Shown piece after piece: positions 52,004 through 62,548 of a DNA stretch of 64,000 nucleotides (position 1 is its first letter; each line of letters opens with the position of its first letter). Origin of the DNA: Phoronis australis (lineage: Eukaryota; Animalia; Phoronida); NCBI GenBank assembly GCA_002633005.1, contig NMRA01000025.1:1157160-1221159 (forward strand), given 5' to 3'. The notes below the pieces were generated by a model. That model was given only the letters and a program-made list of their open reading frames with translations. It was not told the origin of the DNA and did no database searches. A program made the translations under genes and the position numbers.

Positions 52004-52446
52004 GTAAGTCGAGCCCTTCACGTGTAATGTGATCATGTTTTTATCGTTTTCGATTGTCACTGACGGAAAAACTTCGAAATTGATAAAAATTGCTATCGTA
52101 TATGGGAAGCTCAGGAGAAATGAAAAATGGGTAAAACCCGTGGAAAATACCTCGGGGGTAAACTAAAAGGAATCCTCGGTGGGTTGTTTGTGGCCTCAGT
52201 GGTTAGCAAAAATGCTCATGGTCTTCTGTTTTATGTTGCATAAAAAAGGAAAATTGTCCTTGTAAGCACATTTGAAATAAAAACATAAAAATGAGTGGTT
52301 TATTTTTTTTGCAAAATTGTAACGACCCACACAGTCATCATGAATTTGAGATGCCATTGGTATCTCGACAGTTTAGATATTTTCTTAGGCAGACAGTTAC
52401 TTAAACTTAAATCTTAAATTTACTGTCGTAACAATATTTATTGCAG

Positions 52447-52537
52447 CTCACATCAACTCTAGAAAACATAAGAAGCGTATGAGTAGTGCTCGTCGTAGGG
52501 TGTGTCTTGAACAGGACGTCCAGAGACACAGTGACAG
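52447..52537 (+). CDS. TRIT1: TRIT1 exon, second half of the zinc finger plus basic NLS-like stretch
   Basis: Acceptor ttattgcag. Encodes (A)HINSRKHKKRMSSARRRVCLEQDVQRHSD(R), and HxxSxxH completes the finger. Ends at AG|gtaggt; unspliced read-through stops at TAG 52539-52541. Confidence 0.9.
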
Positions 52538-52783
52538 GTAGGTGATATGTTGCACATGGCAATTAGTCCAAGTGTATGCCTGTTACTAACTAAAGCTGAC
52601 TTGACATACTACAAAGGGGCCAGTATCTGCCGACTTAAGTCTTGCTCTCCATTATAGGGTGGGTTACTTTGTGGATGGTGAGAAGCTTGTACAATAGGAA
52701 GATGAATCTCTGTATGATTTACTGTATGGGAAGTCATATTCAAAAAAAAAAACATTTTTTAAATTTTTATGTTTGTAATGAGA

Positions 52784-52893
52784 GCTAACCAGATGCATCC
52801 TTCTGGAGTAAAGAGACTGTGTTGTCGACTACACTTTGCTAACCAGATGCATCCTTATGAAATAAAGAGACTGTGTTGACGACTTCACTTTGC
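52784..52893. repeat. 54-bp tandem duplication
   Basis: gctaaccagatgcatcctt..aaagagactgtgttg..gact.cacttt occurs twice. Confidence 0.85.
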
Positions 52894-53696
52894 TGGGGTT
52901 TGCTGTCCATGCTTCATTGATCCTTACACTTGACGCAATCTATCTCTGTTTTGTCAAGTGTTTGGGAATGCCAGGTGGCATTTCAGAAAAATATTCTGGA
53001 CTGTCATGACTAGTTTAAAGTACTGGACAGGTGCAGCTGTAAATAAACTGCTGGTCATAAATAGAATAAACTATGCATGCCTAATCGAACACATAAAAGT
53101 CTTGTATGGATGTCTGCACGATTAACTACTCAGTTCTTATACCACATCCAAGGGTTTACCTTAAAAATCGGCAGAAGTTTTCAAAGGCCTTGTTGTTGAC
53201 TCTGTCTCCTTCTTCAGTGTAGGTGGCTCTGTATGAAGAACTGCATCGTAATCGTGGGAAAGCTTGTGACCTCCTTTATCTCAGTCCTAAGATCTATGTT
53301 ATGCCGATTTCTTTGGTAAACCGTTGTATGTGCTATAAGTACTGAGTATAAGCAAATCAATGTTAAAATGAAATGCAACTTGACAAGCACGAGCTTGCTT
53401 GCCTTTCAAATGTTGCTGTTCAACAATGTGTCGTGCATAGAGTCCCCGCATTATAATTGAAAATTGTGACCCATACTTTTGTGTGATGAGGCCTTCATTG
53501 CAGCATCTTCCTTCTTAATGTGTCATTGCTGTGATGATTTGTGTTGTGGATGATAAACAAATGGGAGTTGTATGATACTCTCGTCCAGACCTTGTAATGT
53601 CACTCAACCTCACAAAAATATGTATGGCTTTGTTTACATGTTTTGCAAGAGCTTAGTGATTTCTGGCTGCTAAACTGTTGTGTTATTTTTGTGTAG

Positions 53697-53721
53697 GCCA
53701 ACAGATGCCAGTAATGGATGA
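53697..53721 (+). CDS. TRIT1: Probable TRIT1 terminal coding exon (R)PTDASNG*
   Basis: T-rich acceptor ttatttttgtgtag, phase compatible with the 52537 donor, stop TGA 53719-53721. No homology support. Confidence 0.5.
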
Positions 53722-54585
53722 TGGTAACATGAAGTTCACGGCATAACCTGTAGAGGGCACTGTCGACAAAGAATATGTGATAAAATGGTGAGGTTGACTG
53801 GCATGCATCTGGTCAGTGTTGCCATAGCCATCTGGCTTTTAACATGGCATCGAAGGCAGATGAAGAATCGGAATGTGTTGCCGCTCCAGAGCATGACTGC
53901 AGGAACCACTTGACCAAAAAGTGTTGAACGATGACGCGTCATTTCCTAGAAACGTGACGGAAATGTGAGATGCCAGTATCATCTGACACTTTGCCCAATT
54001 CCTGTGGCAATGTGTTGTAAAAGGTGATGGTGTGTTGTTCTCCAAAGATAATGACTTGCAGCCTGAAAGCCTCCGGATCACAAACCATTGACAAGAGGTT
54101 GCCTTAGTTCCTATGGATATTTGATCACTATGAACTATGCAATGTCAGAGTGAGTGATCTTCACCTGAACTGTTGTATCAAGTGAAACTGTGCCCCATTA
54201 CCTACAGATGGGAAAGGAGTTCCAAATAGGCATTGCAAGAATTTGTTTGAGACAATTAAATTAACAAAAGTACACGACTTAACAGCAATCCTGTAAAATG
54301 AAATGAAGTGTATAATTTGAGCAAGACTTAGCTGCTGGTGTAGTTGAAGTGTGACTGGTGTCATGCGTGCTGAAAGTGTCAGGGAAAGAATGTCATGTTT
54401 AGTTTTAGCAAAGATACCCAAAGTACAATGGGATACGTTTTACCCCAATATTACCATCGGAAAGTTTAGAATGTTGAAACTTGGGCAGTTCTAGTCTAAC
54501 TTAAACTTAAGCTGGCTGTAAGTATGTTATATTCAGTCTTCAAAACTTGTATAAAATATCACTTCTGGTGAAATGTTGCCAATAA

Positions 54586-56229
54586 CAGGGTGTCAAGTAA
54601 CATAAGGCTTTGAAAAAATAAGAAATTTTCAGTAAATAATAGGAAAAAAACATGACAAAATAGGAAAAAATAGGGTTATATTTATGTTGTTGTCTCTGCA
54701 CAAAACATAAAGAAAACACAAAACAACTATATTCTACATTACACTCAACAAACTGATGTTCTTAGCGAAACTGGGCACACAGTCTATGCTTTCTTGGATT
54801 TCTTTGCGGAGACTGGATCACTGGATATAGCTTTTTAAAGGCGCTTATGTGTTTTGCTTTCAAGATCCTTTCGTTTTCCATGGATTTCATCAATGCTTTT
54901 ATTCAGTTCGTCACATTTTGCTGTTGCAGAGTCTAGCATCATGGATGCATCGTTCACTGACTGCTTGGAGACAGCTGATGAACTAGACAAAGCTTCTTGG
55001 AGTTTCGCATTAGCTTCTGACATGAGCTCATCTGCAGCCTTCAACTCTCCAAAGACGTTTTCTTTTCGTTAGTGAGATCATCTTCTGACTCGAAAAGTGT
55101 TTTTTTTTTCACACGTTTTGACTTTTCCTGCTGTTTTTGTACCATCTCCTGTTCAAGTTTCCCTGCTTGTACTTCTTGCCGTAATTGCTCCTCTTCTTGT
55201 CTCTCTTTTAGTCTTGCCTGATAATTTGAATGTGCCATTTTGTAGGCCAATGGGAGTCCCTCTGTCAACGGAATGGTCTAAGGCTTTCCATCCACAGGAT
55301 CATAAAACCGAACAGGTTCCTTCACAGTGCGCAAGCCTATCACGGTAGCTTCACCAATCTTTAGAGAATTAATGGAATACCTTCTTTCCGACTGGGTATT
55401 AGTTTGTGCAAGGACGAGGCCAGCTTTCACTATTGATGGGAGCACTTTATATCTAACTCTTCTGTCCACACCCTCAGTGAAAAAGCACCATTCCAGACAT
55501 CTTCAACTGCAGCTCTGGAATCAAACGGTGGCACATTTCCATCACACTGTTATATTTTCCATTCATCAAGCACCCGAGAAATGTCGGCAGTTGGTTGCAA
55601 CCTTCCTCACCACTGACCTTGGAGAGCCTCCACAGAGATCTTGCTTTCCCCTTCAGTGGAGTGAGCATTGTGTTGTGAAGTGGCAAGTGGCTCTGGAGGT
55701 GCTGTATGGAAACAATGAAGACAGAGCCCATATAGGACCAACTTCTTCATTTCAGGGTTAGGCTTCAATAGTTTGTCTAGCTCCCTTCATGTGGTCTCAC
55801 CCATGACCAGTTCCTTGTCTGTTTATCACTTTAATTAACTCATATTCCATTGTTATTAAAACACTTACAATGAGTCCAAGTAGTTTCATCACCATGAAGT
55901 GTTGTCTGCACATTTTGCATGAGAGGGTATAGTTGTATTGGTAATTGCTCTTGTACCTCCAATTTTCAAGAGTACACAAACACAACTAGATCCCCCAGTT
56001 GTAATGTGTTTTAAATTCAAAGACAGAAGTTCACTTAACCCAGCAGCACCTATTATTTTAAGTACAACAGGGATAAATGTTAGCTATGAGAAACAACGGT
56101 TTGTTGTTGACCTTTTACGTGAAATCATCATGAGTGATAAGTAGGGAAAAATACATAGGAATTTCACAAAAAAGTCGTAGAAAATTAGAGTCTCTCAAAA
56201 AAGGAAACAATGGGAAACTTGACACCCTG
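54586..56229 (-). mobile_element. Decayed hAT-like DNA transposon with transposase C-terminal remnant
   Basis: Perfect 13-bp TIRs CAGGGTGTCAAGT (54586-54598) and ACTTGACACCCTG (56217-56229), with subterminal ATAGGAAAA-like repeats. The minus strand encodes RYKVLPSIVKAGLVLAQTNTQSERRYSIN..TVIGLRTVK (hAT dimerisation-like) and a coiled-coil tail, broken by stops and frameshifts. Confidence 0.8.
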
Positions 56230-56835
56230 CAGTAGTTCGATCCATTAGACAGAACGTTTCACGCTTTGCTTCACGCTTTGCTTCGTCTAGAAAATACAGT
56301 AACTTGCCACTCTTCACTATCCGTCTCTTCAGGTTGAAGCACACGTGTTTCTGGTAGTGTCAACAGTAGTGACTCGGTCTTATGCAAGGGCTTCTCTCAA
56401 CCATTAAAACTTGACAGAGCATTTTTGTAAATTGAGTACTTCTAGGTGTCGTATTTCTGGAAGAATGGTATTCCAATGCCAATGAAGGACAAGAAGTTTA
56501 GGGACATCATGGCATCAAATACTAAAGAAGCGTTTATTGTCTCTGCATTCTCGTCTTCTTCCTTCATTTTTGAAGCCATCGGTAGTGGAGAAGCTCGAAT
56601 TTCCAACGGAGAAAATTCAGTAACAAAAATTAAACAAACCTTCCTTGAGGAAGGGTGGGGGGGATTGTACCATCCAATTCATGTTGAGTTTTCCTGCGTT
56701 GTCTTTTGTGTTAGTTCCTTCCCGCACCATCTTGAATTTGCGTTTAATATGCTAAACAAATTACCTTTTAACTCAGTTCTGTAGCAATTCAGGAACTAGT
56801 TTCGAGAAATAACCCAAAATTGTTGATTTGCCAGG

Positions 56836-57005
56836 TGATCCTTCTGAGGTAATGTACACACCCCTTTCATCCTTACATGATCCTTCTGAGGTAATGTACA
56901 CACCCCTTTCATCCTTACATGATCCTTCTGAGGTAATGTACACACCCCTTTCATCCTTACATGATCCTTATGAGGTAATGTACACACCCCTTTCATCCTT
57001 ACATG
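56836..57005. repeat. 42-bp minisatellite, 4 copies
   Basis: Unit TGATCCTTCTGAGGTAATGTACACACCCCTTTCATCCTTACA, with one substitution in copy 4. Confidence 0.97.
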
Positions 57006-57589
57006 CCACTCGTGCCACAGGCCACATTTTCCATGCTTAGTGCTGACCTGTACAGTCGTTTAATATACACTTCCAACTAGTGTATGTCATGTATTGCTGG
57101 AATTAAGTGACTTTAACGGATGGAATTTATAATTGTAGGATTCTCGCTTTACATTGTTTTATCAGCTTAACAGTGTTCTTCGTATGATGAATCACTCCAC
57201 GCAATCCACGCAATGTAATGAGACATAATCTGTTGAAATTTCACAGAATTAATACATTTTACCAAGCGTCAGATTATGTTTTGTTATTATGTCGACTATT
57301 GTCAGTAAGCTTCAATTGCGTATGTTTTGTCCTCAGTCACGGTATAAATATGAAACATGAAACTTACGCATCAGCTAGCCTAATACAGCGTTCACATGCC
57401 GTCCCATCAGAAGGCAGGTCAGACGTCGGATCCACCGTCAAAAAATCTCATATGAACGCTCGTCAGACATCTGATCCACGTGTCGTTCTTATCGTCCGCC
57501 CTCTAACCAGATGGTAGGTATACCATCTTGTTGTGAGGTTACATTCTAATGACTTGTGGTCGGACTACGCTCGCCCGCAGTGATCGCGC

Positions 57590-57851
57590 GTGAACAAGGC
57601 AGCTCTTCCTCTGTCGCCGCGTGTACATGTACATGTGCCTTTTTCTGCCTCTATGCTCGTATGAGTACCCTGGATTCTGATTAGGTGTCCTATCTGCCTT
57701 CTGATCAAAAGTCCTCACCAGAACGCGGTAAAACCTGGTTACAACGGCCACACGGTTTCAATGTTCCAGTTGGTAACTTAGCCGCAAATATGGCACGTAT
57801 TTCTCTCCCAGACTCCCATTTCATACTGTGCGCTGGACTCGCAAACATGTT
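57590..57851 (-). pseudogene. Possible decayed MYND-finger (ZMYND15-like) exon
   Basis: After acceptor ttttcatagcttcag, three frames piece together RNTCHICG / KLPTGTLKPCGRCNQV / FY..QKADRTPNQNPGYSYEHR. An upstream donor CAAG|gtatgg lies near 57980. Confidence 0.35.
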
Positions 57852-60517
57852 CTGAAGCTATGAAAACATTTAGCGTGCACGTCCAACATGAAACAATCAT
57901 TAGGCATATAGGCCTACACTGATAATCTGAAAAATTCCTCATCACTTAGATTTTGCACTGGTACTCAATGGAGCCATACCTTGAAACTGCTGTTCCAGTC
58001 ACAAAAACGGCTATCGCGGGAAATGCGCTACCCGGCATCACGTTTTTCAAGCAATGCACCCCACTCGAAAGGCAGTCGGGAGCGATCTGGAGAGCAAGTC
58101 AACATGGCAGGTAGATACATGTGTAGACTATCATTTATTTCCTATTCCATGTAAGTTTTCTGAACCGCTGGGAAGAGTTAATTTTTTTAAAAGTTGATTC
58201 AATTACCCGTAATTGGCGAAGTCACAATTTGACCTGAAGGTTACTACCATGTTGACCTGCTCTGTATTGGCATCATTACGAGAGCTGACTACACGCCCAG
58301 TGGCGAGGAAGAGACAAGTTGGGAGTAAGATTGCTGAATCGTAAAAGTAAAACATGCAATTGTTAGGACTGTCCAATATTTTTGAATATACGCACGTGGT
58401 CACGATGAGAGTATAAAAAGGGAATAACGTGGACTCGTGACATCTGGCATGATGTACAGGAGTTTTATACTATGTGTACATACGGAATTATTGGTGAACT
58501 TTGGATTTTTATGCGTAAACGTAATGTTGTATTTTTCTTTTCAAATATTTATTGAATATACAAAATACTCAAAACGAACAAAACAATGATGGTAATTCTT
58601 GGTAACAGGCCCACATTCAAATACACGAAGTTAGTCAGTGAGTGTGATTGGCAGCCGGTAAAGTTTGAGAGCTTTTTCAGCGTTTATCATTTGTCTATGT
58701 TGTCTTTTCAAACGAAATTTCAGACAACTGAGTTCATGTTTCAAATTTCCGGTAAGATTAAAAACATTGGCTACTGTAGATTTTTATTCTTGCTTGATAT
58801 ATGCATTTTTGCATATTCGCAAAACCCAATTTGTAAAAAAGCCTCGTTTCAGATAATTTCGCCCAAAAATTGACCGCCAGATATATTTTCTCTGGCGAAC
58901 ACACGCTTTTCTATTTCTAACACAAAATTTTAGATCTTTACATAGTAGTAAAAATATTCTTCGAAGTTTCAGATTCTGCCTTAGAGTAGGAATGCGTGTC
59001 GAGTGAGTTATCTCCCATGAAACAACAGCATTATTATTACAAACGTCAACGGGGTGTTCAGGGTACATCTGAAAGGTGGAGTATTTTGTTTTCCCGTGTT
59101 GCTGCACCAAAAGCGCAACCTGTTTTTGATAACTTTGAGTTGAGCTGCTGGTTCAACGTCGTGTGGATTCCTCCATAATAATCATTTTTGCTAAAACGAA
59201 AATTTGATGCCAATATATATATATATCGTCAATCGTAAACATTTGGCAATTACTTAAAACGGTATAAGCGAGCCAATTGGCATGCTCAACAAGCTTAGTT
59301 CTTCTGACACTTTATCAAAAAAGAATAATTTGACTTAGTGACATACATCAGACTTGGTAGTCCGGTGTACTGAAAGTTAATCTCATATTTTTACTGTATG
59401 GTCATGTTTCCAACACTGCGTTTCGAGAGAGATATAGAGAACTGTCTTCATGTGAAGTTTTCCGTGAATATGAACAGGTTAGGAATAGATCTGCAGCAGT
59501 ATTGTTTTTATTGATATCTGTTATAGCGAAAGTCTGCTCCCCAACCATTCACTCTTCAATAATATCGGGCATGGTTAAAAATCTTTCAATTTCAAATTTC
59601 ATAGTAAGAACTTTGAATAAAGCTATTGTACCATCTAACACACATAGCTCACATCAAACATGGTTTTGTTAGAAATTTGAATTCCACTATTATACCACAG
59701 ACTTATCGGCAATACGTTTTCTGCATTATATGGTGTTCATACGTCAGTGTTTCTATCAAGTGGTTTTTGTTAGCTTATTAGGCTTGATTTCATGGTATCC
59801 GTCAGAAAGGACAGGTGGCCTGATGCCATTTTGCGGTGCATCAGGGCTCATGGGTGGGGACATTGCATTAAACATCCGAGCTAAAAACTCGAGAGTCCAG
59901 TTAGTTTAGAGCCATCAGCATTACAAACCACCCCATTCTTGTGTTCTGCGGTAGGTCATCCATTTCCGTGAAGAAATGTTTGTATGATTCAAAGCTGTGA
60001 TCTAGACAGCACTAGACATGTTCTATAGTTGCCCAGTTTTGGCCTTCAGCTTATTGCACACTTTCCTGTGACTTCTAGTGCAACAGAATCAGGGGTGTGA
60101 GTTTTCACCCACTGACCATTATATCTGAGACGAAGCGCTACACATGCGGCTTCTCTCTCAAAGTATGTCTACAGTAAGTGGTGGTAGACCGATTAGCATT
60201 TCTAAGGCTGCAGAAGGCGTTCCTGGAAAACCAGAGTAATGCACAAACAAGCTAGAAGTAGCATAACTGTACTCTGCTTTGGTATCCACTGACTGTCGTT
60301 ATGATTCAGAGAAACGGAGAGTGTCACCTTGCCGCGACAACCTCTTTGAGGGGAGACTGGTTCTGAGAGACTAACATTTTGCATATCTGCACGTATTCGA
60401 TTTTTGTAAAATGAAAAAGAGGTTTTGTAGTGTTTTGCAAACGACCAAACACCAGTTATTAGTGCAAACATTTGGAAGTGTAGACCGCGCTTAACAAAAC
60501 TACTATAAGTTTGGAAA

Positions 60518-61930
60518 ATGTATTCCGTCATCAAATTGTTGACGACGCACTTGTGTGATCGTATTATGCAATGGTTAATGTCTCAAGGAAGCGAATTTCG
60601 TAAGCGCGTGGAACAGGGAAGACCCATTTATCAAGACAAAGAAGTCTACCTGAGAAGAACGAGGAATGCAGCAAAGCGGAGAATACGGGATTACAATAGA
60701 CGCAAAGTCGATGTTCCGGTGGCAGCTGCACCAAGCCAAACAGATTCTTTTAGTGAAATTTTTCACAACGCTCATATGTTACTGAACAAGACCAAATCAC
60801 TCTCGGATACTTACGGGGGCATGTTTGGGAAGCCACTTACTGAGCGCAGAAAGTCAAACAAAAGATTGTCGCCGGAAAAGACAAAACTGCCCCCGATTTC
60901 ATTTGACCGTGACAGTAAAGAGGTGAAGAGAAAGAAAGACAATGTGTCATCCGATCATGATCATAGTCGTCAGCGGCTAAAGGAGGGCAAAAAGACCACC
61001 TCAGCGCGAAGTAAGATTAAGCCGTCAAGTGATACGATTGCTTTTAGTGAGGTGGAGAAAGAACAGTTCGACCATCATATGAGAAAACTGACAAGACCTA
61101 GGGACTGTCGAGCACCTGGGCTTCTAAGAAGGCCTCTGTATGAGAAGGAAAGGTTGGCGCTTTGGCAACCTTCCCACAGCATCGTGGAGGACTACGATAG
61201 GTTTATGTTCATTTGTGATAGCTGCGACAAGCCTGTTTTGTTGGGAAGAGGAGCATTTGGTCGTGTGTATTTAGTTGAAAACATGGTTGAATCCATCCAG
61301 TACGCTTTGAAGGTATTTGTGGCTGATGGTGTGACACGTCCGCCGCAAATTGAAGAAGAGGGCAATAAATTGATGTCGGCAAATAAGAGGCATATAGGTC
61401 CTGCATTTAGAGGATTCTTTCCATTAGATCACAAAGACTCCCCGTACCTCCATTGGGGAATTTTGACTGATGTTGTTTACGGTCAGACACTGGCACACTA
61501 CTTAAAGAAAAATCGGACTCATTGTGACGTCCTCAAATGGACGAACATCATGCATGATGTCGTTAGGCAGGTGGCCACATTGAACAGGTGTGGTGTGAGT
61601 TTGCGTGATGTCAGCATGGCGAACATAATGATCGACGACCTCACAGGAAGAGTGACGCTCGTTGACTTCGCTAAGTGCAAGGCCATGGATAGCGCCAACC
61701 AATATCCTTTGTCGAAAGTGGACGCCGCCAAAGTGTGCATTCTAATGGAGCAGATTAACCAGACTATGGGCAGTGACATGTTTAGGACTGCAATTGACAC
61801 TTTGAAAGAAACTGGCTTGTGCTCTTGGGAAACTGTTCTCAACGTTCTAGCCAAAGTGCACATTGAATCAAAACAGCGAAATGATGTAGCCTTGCGAATG
61901 AATGATAAAATGAAAGAAAACAAGAAATAG
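60518..61930 (+). CDS. Intronless protein-kinase-fold protein (470 aa) with basic low-complexity N-terminus and atypical catalytic motifs
   Basis: Longest real ORF in the window. Gly loop LGRGAFGRVY (about 61241), YALK lysine, candidate alphaC Glu (IEEE), GQTL hinge region, catalytic loop LRDVSMAN (61601), VDFA (61661). The true start may be a later Met. Confidence 0.85.
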   Translation: MYSVIKLLTTHLCDRIMQWLMSQGSEFRKRVEQGRPIYQDKEVYLRRTRNAAKRRIRDYNRRKVDVPVAAAPSQTDSFSEIFHNAHMLLNKTKSLSDTYGGMFGKPLTERRKSNKRLSPEKTKLPPISFDRDSKEVKRKKDNVSSDHDHSRQRLKEGKKTTSARSKIKPSSDTIAFSEVEKEQFDHHMRKLTRPRDCRAPGLLRRPLYEKERLALWQPSHSIVEDYDRFMFICDSCDKPVLLGRGAFGRVYLVENMVESIQYALKVFVADGVTRPPQIEEEGNKLMSANKRHIGPAFRGFFPLDHKDSPYLHWGILTDVVYGQTLAHYLKKNRTHCDVLKWTNIMHDVVRQVATLNRCGVSLRDVSMANIMIDDLTGRVTLVDFAKCKAMDSANQYPLSKVDAAKVCILMEQINQTMGSDMFRTAIDTLKETGLCSWETVLNVLAKVHIESKQRNDVALRMNDKMKENKK

Positions 61931-62252
61931 GTACTGGAGTGTAAGATGTTAAATGAATGAATCATATTACAATCACTGAAACCAACAGAAAGTACTCGGA
62001 TAGCATGTCATAGGTGTGTATTTAACAGAGAATCGTCTGCTTCCGCTTAGGCGACAGTGTCACTACGCGGCACTATTTGTTGCACATTTAGTTACTTCAC
62101 ACCATACAATACACCTTCATGCACTTAAGGGACGACATGGGTAGAACATCATTTTTTCATTGGGTCACAATTCTCAAGAAATGACCAGTTGATGGCGTAG
62201 ACGCAGTGACGTAGATTGATAGCTTTCTATTGCGTAACAGTGCAAGCCAGTT

Positions 62253-62475
62253 CATGCGCTCACCCAGGGGATTGGAGGGGCTCGGGAGCTCTAACGAGCC
62301 CCCATTTGGCGAAGTGGACAAAAAGGTCACCCTGAGAGAAACAATAAGTCCACTAAGAATGCAGGAACTATCAAAATTTGACGAATGTATAATTCATACT
62401 CTGAAAGCATCCCGTTTTTAGTAAAATGTCCACATTCTCACAAATTCGAGCGCCCATAGGGTGGGTGCGCTAATG
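62253..62475. mobile_element. MITE with CAT..ATG termini and 5-bp TSD
   Basis: Imperfect TIRs catgcgctcaccc and gggtgcgctaatg, flanked by CAGTT at 62248-62252 and 62476-62480. Internal hairpin ggggctcg..cgagcccc. Confidence 0.65.
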
Positions 62476-62548
62476 CAGTTGAATGAAGTCTTTTAAAGTG
62501 AGTTGTTAAAGACTCGGAAACAATATCAACCTATCAATTATCACCGTC

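Noticed and set aside
54854-55761. Plus-strand ORFs of 72-144 aa
   Set aside because: Antisense to the hAT-like transposase remnant, with no motifs.
56836-57005. CRISPR-like array
   Set aside because: Direct tandem units with no unique spacers, in a eukaryotic context.
58101-58116. AACATGGCAG|gtagat as a first coding exon for the kinase
   Set aside because: An in-frame stop lies just upstream of the kinase ATG and no convincing acceptor was found.
59480-59780. Possible LINE 3' remnant on the minus strand (..MKFEIERFL..)
   Set aside because: Too short and degenerate to support without a search.
61519-61965. 148-aa minus-strand ORF, and other ORFs overlapping the kinase
   Set aside because: Antisense shadows of the kinase CDS.
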